The notes beneath the pieces were generated by a model. The model was not told where the DNA came from and searched no databases. It was given only the letters and a program-made list of their open reading frames with translations. From Proteromonas lacertae (lineage: Eukaryota): 64,000 nt of DNA. The stretch spans positions 62,001 to 126,000 of the forward strand of contig NGBS01000878.1 of NCBI GenBank assembly GCA_002245135.1, written 5' to 3'. Positions 13,317 to 26,423 of the stretch are shown here, piece by piece. Both the position numbers and the translations under genes were made by a program. Every line of letters begins with the position of its first letter. Position 1 is the first letter of the stretch.

Positions 13317-14570
13317 ATGGCAGAGGATGTATTATTTCTGCAAAATATTTTTTCTAGAAAGTTTTAAAAGCAACATCAAAAGATTTAGCAGCACCAGATT
13401 GGTCTATAAATATCGATCTTTGCGATTACGTTAATCAAAGGTATAATCTTTCATAATCATTTTAATTTAGAGGGGAATCTGGAGCTGCAGAAGTAACAGA
13501 GTTACTAAAGCACAGGCTTAACAATAAAAACAAAAAAATATGCTACCTTGGATTAATATTGTCAGAATCATTGATGAAAAATTGTGGACCTCCACTCCAT
13601 CATGCATTTTGTGAAAAAACATTTTTAGATTTTGTTGCTAATTTGGGAAGAGGGAAGAAAGTATATTCTATACTAATAGTCTATGTAACAATAATAGGGA
13701 GAAGAGAATCAAAAGAAAGCACTGCAACTAATACAATCCTGGGCATTCTCATTCAGGAAACAAAAGAGTGAGTATCCTTTATTTCAGAAGTTATATGGCG
13801 CAATGAAGAGTGTAGAAGATATAGAATTTGATGCTGATAAAGATGTAGAAATATTCGAACCTCTTACAGATATACCTTCCACCAATGTTCCATCAAAATC
13901 CGCAATTAACTTTGGTGAAGGTCCATTCGACAAATTGGAACGTGAATTAACAGAAGTACAATATCATTGTGATAGATATGAGAAATTATTAAGAAAATAT
14001 TTCAACGATGAATTAGATGATGAAGATAGATTGTTAGATGAAGAAGATTATTTGCTACAATGTAAACCTCGTATCCAGGAATTAATAGAAGCAGGAAGTG
14101 TTGGTTTATTCCCAGATAACGTCTATGAACACTGTTTTACTGCATTTGATAATACAAATAGAGTATTAGATTATAAAGAGAATGGATTTCCAGATTCTGA
14201 TGATGATGATGATGAAAGTAATAGAAAAAGTAAAAAGACAAAGAAAGCTAATAAGAAAAAGACTGGTGCTGCTGTTGTAGAAAAGAAGAAGAAAGTAGAA
14301 AAGAAAAAGAAAGTTGAAGTTGAAGATGATGATGATGATGAAGGAAGTAGTGATGAAGAACCATTATCAGATGATTCAGATGAGAAGGCAAAGAAATCAA
14401 AAGATATTGATGATGAAGATATCGATATATTCTTTAATCAAAGAGCTAATGATAAAACAGCAATGGATGATGAGAAGAAGAAGAAGAAGAAGAAAAGTGA
14501 AGAAGGAGGAGAAGAGAAGAAAGAACCTGATGATGCAATGGCAATATTGGATGAGATATTGAATAGTTAA
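13317..14570 (+). CDS. VHS-GAT (TOM1-like) trafficking adaptor with a charged tail
   Basis: Spliced N-terminus KATSKDLAAPDWSINIDLCD...LMKNCG...ALQLIQSWA (VHS), followed by a GAT-like helical region. Confidence 0.8.
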
Positions 14571-14715
14571 ATTACTAATAATATAGTTTTATTTTTTATA
14601 TGAGAAAAGAAAAGTATTATTTTGTAGTTTTATTATTATTATTATTATTATATGTTCTTTGTTATATTATCTAGTATAAAACAAATATTCATTATTATAT
14701 TATTTTAATATCAAA

Positions 14716-16446
14716 CTAGAATATAATCTCTTTTACATATCTATTCTTTTTCAATTCTTTTTTTAAATATTTTATTCCATTTGAATCAATATTGTTTTTC
14801 TCTATATCAATTCTACAACAATCATTAATTCTCTTTAAACTATTAATCAAATATTATAATCCATCAGAAGATATTCCCATTTCTATACAATTATGATTTA
14901 CAATTATTATACTTGAACAATTTATTGTTTTATAATATTCATCATCATCATACATCAACAAATTCAAATATGGAAGATAATTTTTTCATTCCTAAATCTC
15001 CAATCTCATTTGAATGCAGTTTCACATTTTTAAGATTTGAAAACTTAGAAATATTATCTACTATTATATCTACACTTTCATAAGTTAATTTATAATCTAA
15101 ATTATTGAATAATATATTATCATACGGCTTAATTTATATCTTTCACTTCTATTAATTCATCTTTTCTTAATGAAATGAATGATTTAAAAAAATCATCATC
15201 TATTCTTGATTTACGAAGATTTAAAACATTCTTTTCATTTACTACATATTTAATTATTTTTGGAATGTCTTTATCAATTAATAATTCTTTATTTCCATTT
15301 AACTCAAAGTCTATTTTAGTTATAGGGAATTTGGAAAATAAAACTTTCAATCCTTTTGAAGAATAAATACTAAATTTGTTATTGATATTTATCTTGTTTA
15401 GATATGGATATTATATTCATTTGTAATAAATAAAATTCATCTAAAAATTACTAGATCAATATCATGTTATTAATAGATATAATATGGAAGTATCAATTTC
15501 CATTCAACTAAGGATAAATTGTTTGCTATTACAAAGAATAAAAGAATGCACAATACATCTAAAATTCAAATATTTTAATTTCATTAATGGAATTGCTTTA
15601 ACAAATGATTCAATGAAATTAAAAGAAAAACCACAGCGCGATATATCTAATTCTTGCAGATTTGATAATCTAGAAAAGTATGATCCAAATAATGATTGAT
15701 ATTTCATATGATATATAATAGACGTCTATAAATTATAGAGATAATATAACGAACTTTAGTTTAGTTGGATTGATTAATTTCAGTATTCTAAACAAATAAT
15801 CAATTCCTTCTTCACAAATACACAAACAATAATAATCCACTATAATTATTTCTATATCATCTACATCATTATTAATTCTGAATATTTCTTCATCTAAATA
15901 CCCTTCATTATATTTACATTTATGATGTACTTGAAATTTCATTTTTTCTTTTATATCACTATAATAATAGGAATTACTATATCTTTAGATGTTCATTAGC
16001 AACAGAATTGCCAAAGCTCTTTCGTTAGCTTTATTGTTGTATGATTTTATTAAATCATCTCTAATATCTATTCATCATTATTATACTATTAATACAATTC
16101 CATTTTTTGCTATTCAAGTAGTAATAGGATGAATATAGAGCTGGAAGTAATATTATATCATTATTATATAATGTTTCTTTTCTTTCTTTACATATCATCA
16201 TATTACTTTTATCATCTCTCAATATTTCACTGATTTTTATTATTTCTTTTCTCAACTCTTTTAAACTCAATCTATCTTTATCATTCACTTTTAATATTCT
16301 ATATATCATTTCTTTCATCGTTCTATTACATTCTACTTCATAATTATATCTACATCTTCTTTTGTTTTATTCATATTATTATCTTCATTGAATGGTAATT
16401 TCTTGTTTATTATTTCAAATAATATACATCCAATTGACCAAATATA
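14716..16446 (-). pseudogene. Degraded kinase-LRR gene (only the C-terminal kinase subdomains plus LRRs)
   Basis: IWSIGCILFEI...LPF and MIYRILKVNDKDRLS (kinase subdomains IX and XI), and LRR units such as LSNLQELDISRC. Multiple stops and shifts; no N-lobe seen. Confidence 0.6.
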
Positions 16447-16665
16447 CTGTAAATAAACTAAAATACTAGTACAGCAAATTGCAATAAAGACGACAAAACA
16501 TTATCTATAAATGAATTTAGCAAAAACATTAAATTCTGTTTCAAAAATAGATTCGTTTTGTTTACATTTTTTTTTTTTTTTTAAAACATAATAAGATTAT
16601 ACAAAACCTAAAATATCTGTTAAAACTATAAAAAAGTAAACTTTTATAAAATAATCATTAAATAT

Positions 16666-19600
16666 TTATATATCTATATTATGACCTCTATTTTTCAATT
16701 CTATACAAGACTTGAAGTAAGAGTAATGTTTGGTTATAATCCATTCATTGGTAGGTGTTATTCGAAAATTATTATACCAAAAAGCTTCTGAAAATCCTTT
16801 GCAAGATAATCCATTTTCTTTATACTTCGTGTTAGTTAATTCCATTGCTTTCATAAACACCAATGTCTTGATTTTATCTGATCCTGGTATATGAAATGTT
16901 TTAAACAACTTCTTAAACTCACCATAAAAGAATGTGTTTGAATTTTGGTTTGAAGAGGAATATACACTTGCTAATCTCTTTAATGTATATTCTTTTATTA
17001 GATTTCTATATTTTAACCTACATAACACACCTCTAGAAAAACTTTGGATTTTAATCATTGAGTCTATGTTTACATAATCCTCTAATTCTTCTAAATAGCA
17101 TTTCAGCAATGATTCCATAGTCTATGTATTATTAATAAATAATAATAACGGTTATACTCTTCCTAACTCCACAATATTTCTTTCTCCTTCACACACAGTA
17201 AAAGTTTTAATATTTAATAATGCTTTCTGCAAACATTGTTTAGTAAGGAATATCTTTGAATCAATTATTGTCTAAAAGGATTAGAATATGAATGAAAAAA
17301 AAAGAAAAAAGAATTTGCTAGCGGTGGGGTTTGAACCCACGAGTGACTGAACACACCAGATCTTAAGTCTGGCCCCTTGGACCAACTCGGGCACACTAGC
17401 TGACTGAAAATCAACTCAAATTAGGATTTATAAATAATACCTGAATCATTGTTTCATCTGTAACAACAACATCAAGCGATGATAGCTTCTCAATAACTGA
17501 CTCACCAAATCTATTGGGATTATATATATTATTATACAGAGATTTAACTATCAATAAATAAGCTTTTGTCAATTCTAGTCTCCATTTAAGTTTATGACAA
17601 CAATATCCATTGCAACACGTTTTAATGCCTATGATGGAACAAAATGTTCTTAAATGTGGATCTATTTTACCTATTATCACACATGACTGTATAAACTGGT
17701 TAACACGATACACAATATCAGTTGGTGTTTTAAAGTTCACAATGAAATAATAAAGAGCAATTTTCTGTGGGTCAAACTTCTGTTCATCCATCTTTTCTAT
17801 GAATTGAAGGAATAATTCCTTCATTATTCCATATATTTCCTCCTTAGACATTAACTCCTCTATCTTCATATTACTTTTACCTAATTTATACAGCCCATTT
17901 TCTCTATGAGTTTTCCATGTTTTATCATTTGCTACTCTCTTTATATCATCCATAAACAAATCATCAGGAACTTCATAAAACTGTAAAAGTTTATAAAAAT
18001 GAGAATGTTTTTGATGTATATATTCACTATTCTAACAATACAATATAATAATTATAATATATACTTTCATATATTGTAATAAATAAATAATTATATCTTT
18101 TACAGTCTTTTCATTAAATCCATGATAAATTGATTCTGTAAATAGTGATAAATCAGCTGTTAATGATGAATTTAATGTTTTTTGAAGCCATAATTGGAAG
18201 AGTAACAATCTTCTTTCTTCAGAGAGTTGTTCGTTTAATTCTTTTGATGATAATTTATCAACTGGAGTAATATTATGCTATAAAATAATAAAAATATAAA
18301 ACAAATACTTTCTGTGAGATTTTCTTTAAATTAGTATTTATTTCTTCTCGATCATTTAATAATTTTGAATGTTCTTTCTGTAATATTTCATAATCATTTA
18401 TCATTTTCTTATAGGATTGTCTTATGTCAAAAATATGACGATTTGTTTTATCTATACTATCTGTCAGTATATCAAATTAATGGAAAATAATAAAGATTGG
18501 TTTTGTTAAAAATAAAGATATTCATTTTTATCTCCTTTTCAAGTTCATTATTCTCTTCTTTTAATTTTTCACATATTTCACATTTTGTTGTAAATTGAAC
18601 TCCATTTTCTTTAAATACAATTTGACCTGATGATTGATATTTCTCTATTCCTTTATCTCTTAATAGGTAAATTATATTATTATAATCTTCTCTTTGGAAG
18701 TATAATGGTTTTAAAACATCTGTATCTTCTTTTGTGATTTCAGTTTCAATATATTTTACTAATATATCCATCTGATCTTTGAGAAATTTTCTTCTTACTC
18801 TTAACTATATAATATCAACAATAATATTTCATATATTATCATTATTATACTCTTAATGGTTTTAATATTGAATATATATTATCATTATCATTTGTTGTTA
18901 ACTTCCATAATGTTTCTATTAACATACTTTGACGATTTGAAGGTAATTTTGAAAATAGATTTTGAATCATTGTTATTGGATCTTTATCCTTTTCTATTTT
19001 ATTCTTTATTTCTTTTATTTCTTCCATTTTCTTCTGTACAATCTATATATTAATATTACATAATTTTTATTATTATACTAAAAAATAGGGTAATAATCCT
19101 TTATAACCTAATTCTTCAATTGGATAACTATCAGAATAATGATCATATATAGAATAACAGAATATTCTATATAACAATCTCAATATTCCTGTGTATTTTC
19201 CATATGATTGAGATAGACGATGTAAACAGTCTATTGCTACACATAAACAAGCAAGCTATATAGCAATAATAATATATAAATATAATTATCAATGTAAATA
19301 TATACATCTGGAAGATTATTCATTCTATTCCATTTCTGTAAAACACAAGAGTCTTCAAGGAATTCATAAGAACTAGTTTCACTATTAGATATCCAAAATG
19401 TTAATATTGATTGTAATATCCTTTTTTCTTCATCAGATCTATAGATAAATGAGTATTTAGCAAATATTAGTATATACTTAAAATCATCAATTGCAAAGAA
19501 TTTTTCTATTAAATATTCATTCAATGCTGGCTTTGTAACTGATTCTCTAAAGTCCTATAATGCGTTAGTAGGAAAAATGATACTTCTGGGAAAACAACGG

Positions 19601-19790
19601 TAGTAGATCTTCTTTCTGAATAATCTTCTCTGATTGATCCAATACTATTATCTTCGTCTAAACTAAAGGTGATAGAACAGGTTTTTGGTCTATTATCTGG
19701 CGTTCTAAAAGATAAAGATCTTGGTGAAGCTCTTGGTTTTATAACACTACTTGGAGGATGTGATTTGTAAGTATAAGTGTTTTGATCCAT
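16666..19790 (-). CDS. Large multi-exon coiled-coil protein with an IQ motif, function unknown
   Basis: Exons join in frame through small GT-AG introns, one AT-AC intron and one 169-nt tRNA-containing intron. IQ motif IKIQSFSRGVLCR. Confidence 0.65.
17316..17400 (-). tRNA. tRNA-Leu (anticodon UAA), intronic
   Basis: Reverse complement GCTAGTG...CCAGA-CTTAAGA-TCTGG, long variable arm, GGTTCAAA T-arm, CGCTAGC-A acceptor. T-runs follow downstream. Confidence 0.95.
18467..18521 (-). other. AT-AC minor-class intron, 55 nt
   Basis: ATATCTTT...TTCCATTAAT...ATAC. Removing it gives KEIKM-M-TDSIDKTNRH with a long open coiled-coil exon. Read-through ends at the stop at 18472. Confidence 0.8.
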
Positions 19791-19919
19791 ACAAATATTT
19801 ATTTTGAAAAAACAGTTAAATTCAAACAAGTTTGGTTTGACAAATATATGATTTTTTTTTTTTTCTTTTCTTTTTTTCTCATCAATTACAGAATAAAATA
19901 AAATAAAAATAGATTTATT

Positions 19920-20519
19920 TTAATGTCTTTTGGATCTTATTCTTGTTTCCAAATCAATCATAGTCTTCTTCCAATCTTCATAGTTTTTGTCTTGTATATA
20001 ATACCAGCTGTAACAAGTAGCACCTTCCTGATTGTACCATTCTTTAACGACGTTTCTTGTATGTTCACACTTTTCAATACTATTATTTATATCAAATATT
20101 GTCTTCTCTAACATTGGCCTTACTGTCTTAGTTATATAATCATGCCTTGAATTAATATGAGAGATTAAACCTGATATATTGAACTTTGGAAGAGTAGTAG
20201 GTGGATTAACGTATTTCAGTTGGTGTTCATACAGTTCTATTTCTCTTTTTTTGCAGTATATTGTATCAAGAAGATATTCAATATTCACAGATTCAGATAT
20301 ATTGTTCAATTTACATAATTGCTATATAGAAGGTAAGTTATTATATGAATATTAGATATACTAGATAGTGGTTTGAATTGGATTGGTCTATATGTGGAAT
20401 TGATCCATCCATTTGCTGACTTTGGAAATACAATTTCAATTGAGATAAATCAATATATTGTATATTGAATTCTTTTGATATTTGTTCAATATATGATGTT
20501 AGTGAAGATGATAATTGAT

Positions 20520-20561
<42 letters not shown>

Positions 20562-21894
20562 ATTGTGATGTGTATATTAATTTCTTTTGATTTACTGATT
20601 TTAAAAACATTGATAATATTTGTTTATACAATCTCTGATTTGTTTCAATTAGATTTTTAATTATTTCACTATTCTCACTTACTATTCTCTATATGAAATA
20701 TAATAATGAATTAATTACTATTATATACGTCATAATAATTGATTCTTTCTATCTTCTTATGAGCTTTTTGTTGTTCTTCCAATATGTTGATTCTTTTCAT
20801 TTTTAATTCTTCATTTAATCTATCCAATACTTCTAATTTGTAATTTAATAATTCTGATTTTACATATTGATTGAAATTATTATTATTATTGCTATTGGTT
20901 ATTTCTATTGAATTATATATAATTTCAATCTCTTTTCTCAATTTTTTTGTTTCATTACTCATTGCCATATTATTAATAAAACTATTCCATTGGTTCATCC
21001 TTTTTTCTTTTAAACTATCCAATAGATTTAATTCATTTATATTCGTTTCATCATAAGGTTTGTATACTAAAATACTAGCCGTTTCTTCTCTTGTTATTTC
21101 ATTGATTGCTTTTAATATTAATAAAGGAGGTATATTATCTAGCACTTTACATTTTTCAGCTATTTCTTTCATCGGTATTATACTATCTTTATTGCTTGTT
21201 GTTGTGGTTATTGATGATTCTGTTATTTCTCTCAATATTTTACTATTTATACAAATTATTATAATAAATACATTATTAATTGTTTTACATCGTATATTTC
21301 ATAATTATTAGTATTAATTTCATTAAAATGGTTTATATTGGTAGTTATTTTATCATTATAAACATTCATTATATTAAATATATTGTCTATTTTATTAGAA
21401 TATCCATTATGTAATGATGTTGAAATTATTGAATCATTTATTTGTTTTTGATTATTATTGGATGTTTGATGAGTTATACTTAGTTCATCAGTTAGTGATT
21501 TATTCTCTACATTTAATTCGTATATTTTCTTTTTCAACATATTTCTTTTATTGATTAATTCAGCTCTTCTTTTCTGTTTTATATAATAAAGATATAATAT
21601 TAGTTGAATACTTTTAAATCAGATAGTTTTATTTCTTCTTTTTTAACTTCATTCCCTGAATATGCTTGAATTGTTCCTTTCATTTTTCTTATTGCTGATT
21701 TTGGTTTAACATTAGATGTAATCCAATCCCACACAAGAGCCATTTCTCCACGGCATATCATTTCTAGATCTTGTTTGGTTGGCATTGATTGATCTACATA
21801 TTTACCCTATACGAATAATATAATAGCCATATACCTGAGGTACAAATCCCATTGTCTTCAGCCAATTATCCAATCGATCAGAAGCACTTGACAT
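19920..21894 (-). CDS. HAUS5: Augmin subunit 5 (HAUS5/AUG5)-like protein
   Basis: N-terminal LEMICRGEMALVWDWITSNVK and C-terminal VKEWYNQEGATCYSW...KNYEDW resemble the conserved HAUS5 ends, with coiled coil between. Confidence 0.7.
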
Positions 21895-22709
21895 TATTTA
21901 TTCAAATTTCAAATTCAAAAAATACAAATCAGAATCAAACTTTTAAAACAATGATTTGAATATATTCAATACAGTGGTACATTGAGTTGTTAAAAATATC
22001 ATTATGTATATATTGAGACTTATACTTATATGTCTTCAAGTCAATTACTTCAGTGTCAGTCTTGGCTGAATTGTACTACATTGAGTCCATAATTCTAAAA
22101 TACGCAAGGTTAAGCTATGATATAGTCACATATTGTATAAAATGATTTATACTTGGAAGAAGTTGATGTAATTAATAAATAGGTAAGGTATATAGGAAAT
22201 ATATTTATATAGGTGTATCTTAATGCAAATTAATATGTGATAATTGTGTTTATTTTTTTGCGAAAATACGTATGACTGGACATATTCGTCATTTTAAACA
22301 ATAAATAAATATATATATATATGAAAGAATATAAAAACACATGTGGAATATATTGAAGTACTGAAGATTTATATGAATAGTAACGAATGATTAAACAACA
22401 ATTCAATTAATTATGAAGAGTGATTTCGTTATGATGCAAATATAAAAGGGGTATGAATTTAAGATAAGTAATACATTACATTTATAATTTAAAATATTTA
22501 TTGTTGTGAATTATTACTTTTGAATGATTCAGTAATTTCACATATATTACAACAATAGCTGTATATAATAATATATAAAAAGTATTTTTTCCGAAATATT
22601 AACTTTAAATTGAACATATTCATATGTTCTATTATTCCTTCGAGATTTTATTGGTTGTTCTTTAATAATTTTAATTTGTTTGCTATCTTAAAAAATCTGC
22701 TCATAATTT

Positions 22710-23718
22710 ATGATTAACCCAGATTCTATACAATTGTCCAGCAGGAGCGATATAAAAATCACAGATAAAGTAATTCACATTATTTTTAATTGCACTAGAA
22801 AGCTCCTCAAAACACCAGTAAATTACTTACAATAAATTGTCAGGATAAATTTCAGAAAGAAATATCGTTTGTTAGTATGTCATTATCCAGAACATTATTT
22901 TGTATAAGAAATTGGGCTTATTTTCTTTTTTTTAGTTAGCAATAATAATGTCAATTCAATTTGCAAGTCTTATGACAAGTTATTAGACGAAACAAAGCCT
23001 CATTCTATCCATAAGATAGATATCTACAACCAGTTATTATCAGGTAATGTATTCATAGATATGTTTTTTGATGATAGTATTTCTCTATTTTTTAAGTTAT
23101 ATAGACTCAATTTATTTTGATAATTATTTTCAATTCGTCTGTCTCTTCTCATTCTTCAATATAGACCAGATAACTTCAATGTTGCTGACATTGTCCAAGG
23201 TACGCAGTAGTGTGTTTATGACAAAAGCAGAAGTTATGAAATTTATTAGTGATTATTCACTCTCACCTTCATTCTACAATGATTTGCTGTTATTTGATTT
23301 TTATTCAGCTAGTGATAAACCTTCACCAACTAATGAACGTTATTCTGTTAGCAACTTCATATATTTATGTGAAAATAACTTACAGTATATTAATGCAATT
23401 CATTCTCTTCGTCAGTCTATGAAACAATCCATATTTAGTAAGTCAGAATATAAGGCAATTGTTAATAGAATGTTATGTAAGTATTATCCAACATTCACTA
23501 AATACACACATGAAAGTTGTTTTGATAGATTAAAAAGAAAATTATTCACAAATGATCCTTGTCCTGATGAGTATGACTATGGTTTATCTGATCCTACACC
23601 AGAATGTTTCAAACATGTTATTTCTTTATTAGAAAGACAATTTGATAATTCAAATATTACCCAATCGCATAGTTCAGCTACATATGGAAGAATTGATATA
23701 GAAAGTCGTTCACATTGA
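22710..23718 (+). CDS. Unknown family protein, copy A (divergent paralog; +1 break in a T-run near 23090)
   Basis: Shares CENNLxY...KYYP...ESCF...PDEYDYGL with the genes at 24571 and 52731. Confidence 0.6.
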
Positions 23719-24570
23719 TAATAGTACTCTTCGTATAATACATATTTTACTTATATAGGTTTCTGATAAATTATAATAGCATTATACTAATTATTTTATT
23801 ATCTAATTAATCTTTATCTATATCTATATATATTACAAAACATAATTATTTAACACTTAAGATATATACAAAATCATTACAGATCCATCGTAAATGAAAA
23901 TGATTATTTTATATAGGCTTGATTCCTAACAAATAGTGAATTATCATTTCTCTAAATTTCAACCCAATGAAATAAAAATATGCTCCCCAGATATGCCAAT
24001 GATGTATAGATGCTGATATATTTAGAAGGAAGGGTGATAGTGTTCAGTTTAGTATAAGATGGACGTTTTAGAATCCAGGATGTTTTAAATTGCATTATCA
24101 AGTAATTTATAAAAGATGAAAAATGTATATATTTATGTTATGATAATTTATTAAGATGTGATTATGTTTTAAGAATGGCCATCCTATGTTTAATAGTGAG
24201 GATTATTCTAATAACAAAAATGATATATTATATATTTTCTTTATTCTTTTTTCTCTCCATTCCCTCTCATTACCTTTATTTATATTATTTTGATAGATAT
24301 ACTGCAAAAAGGTGTTGCATCGATGAAGTAACACAATAATATTAGTAAAATGTGTAATGCGTTGTAAATAGTATAATATGGATTTAATTTTTATTTTATC
24401 TCTGATGATCGTGTAATTTTCGCAATATCTACATAATACAAATGCATCTGTAAAATCTTTATCTAATTCTGCATAGTAGAGCATGTTCTTATTAAAAATC
24501 GTGTTATGTTCTTTCATAGAGAGTAAATGAATTTTATTGGTCGGTTATTAAAAACTAATTAAGTATTTAT

Positions 24571-25639
24571 ATGGAGGGTAGAAAAAGCCCAGATTTATCA
24601 AAGGAGCTAAGAATATCAGTGTCTCCTATTGATATGGATGAGAGGTTTATACACAAAGTATTTCATTCAGATTATATATTCTTCTAGTCACCTCAGTCTA
24701 CACAACCTATTATTGAAGGTAATATTGAACAACTCAATGGTGACTTTAAACTATCGAATATCAGTAAATTAATGGCACAAACTCTGTTCTGTATATTACT
24801 AAAACTCTATTTTAGTGTCAAATGATAATGTAAAAAGTGTGGCTAAAGCATACATGAATATCTGCACAGAAACATGTTGTTCTGTGATTACTAAGACAAG
24901 CATACTAAGCCAGTTTGTAGTAGGCAAACAATTCGTTAATATGTTCTTCAAAGATGGTATATCTATTTTTTATTTTTGTGTAGGAAGAGTTTCATTCAAT
25001 GATTACTTCCAATTCATCTCCTTTTTCTTATTTTTCAACATCACTGATATAAGCTCTATTTTGTTAGTGCTGTCGAATGTATATAGCAACATATTCATAA
25101 CAAAAGTATTAATGTAGTGATTATTTCATAATTAGGAGCAAGTAATGAAATTTATTGAAGATTATTGTCTTTCTCTGTCATTTTATTTTGATTTAGAGTT
25201 AGTAAATGGTTTATCTTCAAATGAAAGGAAAGTGTATGATATTAATCTCATTTAATGTATTGAGTATAGAAATGGTAATTTATTCACAATGAAAGAATTT
25301 ATGTTCACTTGTGAGAATAATTTAGAATATTTAAACAACTTACATACATTCCAACAATCCTTGAAAAAGCAAACATTTATTGAATATGATTATAAATCAA
25401 TAATTCATAGATTATTATTGAAATATTACCCAGCAAGTACAAGTTATACTAAAGAATCATGTTTTCATAAGTGTTATAGAGTATTATTTACGAAAAATTC
25501 ATCTCCTGATGAATATGATTATGGACTTGATAATCCAACAACAGGTTCATTTAATTATGTTGTTTATTTAATGAAAAAACAATTCGGTTATTCAGATAGA
25601 AATCGTGTATCAACGAAATTATGTAATAAACACATCTAA
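24571..25639 (+). CDS. Unknown family protein, copy B
   Basis: Multi-exon gene; ORFs 24815 and 25289 join through small GT-AG introns. Paralog of copies A and C. Confidence 0.7.
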
Positions 25640-26423
25640 TCTGAATTACTGATATATTTATACTAATTTAGAATAAATTTGATTAATTGATTTATTTAAG
25701 TATATGCTTTGTTATTGGAATTATACTACCAGCACTACCATATTCTTTAATAGAATATATATAAATAGAGTTATAATCACTGATATATTTTCATTTCAAC
25801 ACAAATCTATTGATAAACAATCCCTACTATTCTTTACCATTATTTTCACTATCTATTACTTTCATTTTAGCAAAATATTGATTTTGGATTAATTTTTGAA
25901 ATAAATTCGTTTCATTATTTTCAAATCAGTTACATTGAATAAATCAAGACTTAAAAATGATAGAGACAAATAAATATGTGAAGCAAATAAAGTAAACGAC
26001 TGTAGAGTGAAAAATAGTGTAAAGGAAATTGAAAAGTGTTTGTGGGTTGAAATATTTATGGAGTGTATGTATAATGAATGTAAAAATATGAAATTGTGCT
26101 GAAGGTGGTATTCAAATAATTTATTACTATATAGATGTTTTGATGCAACTTTTATTGTTAATAGTTTGTTTTGTTATAATTACACTAATTGTATTAGTAT
26201 TTCATATTGCTAATGTACGCAATATCAATAGGTTATATAAAACATGAATTAGTTAGATGAAAGGATTTATTTCGTTATACATTTATAATAAAAGTAAAAT
26301 CTACACATTAATAAACATATTGTAATAAAAAAGAAGAGAACCATTAGAATGTCATACAATTAAATAATTAACAATCCATGTTTAAAAGTAAATTGAAAAA
26401 CCGTTACATTTTACACTAAAATA

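Noticed and set aside
13772..13780. GTATCCTTT as a canonical U12 donor in the VHS gene
   Set aside because: It reads through in frame as coding sequence (KSEYPLFQKLY); no intron is needed.
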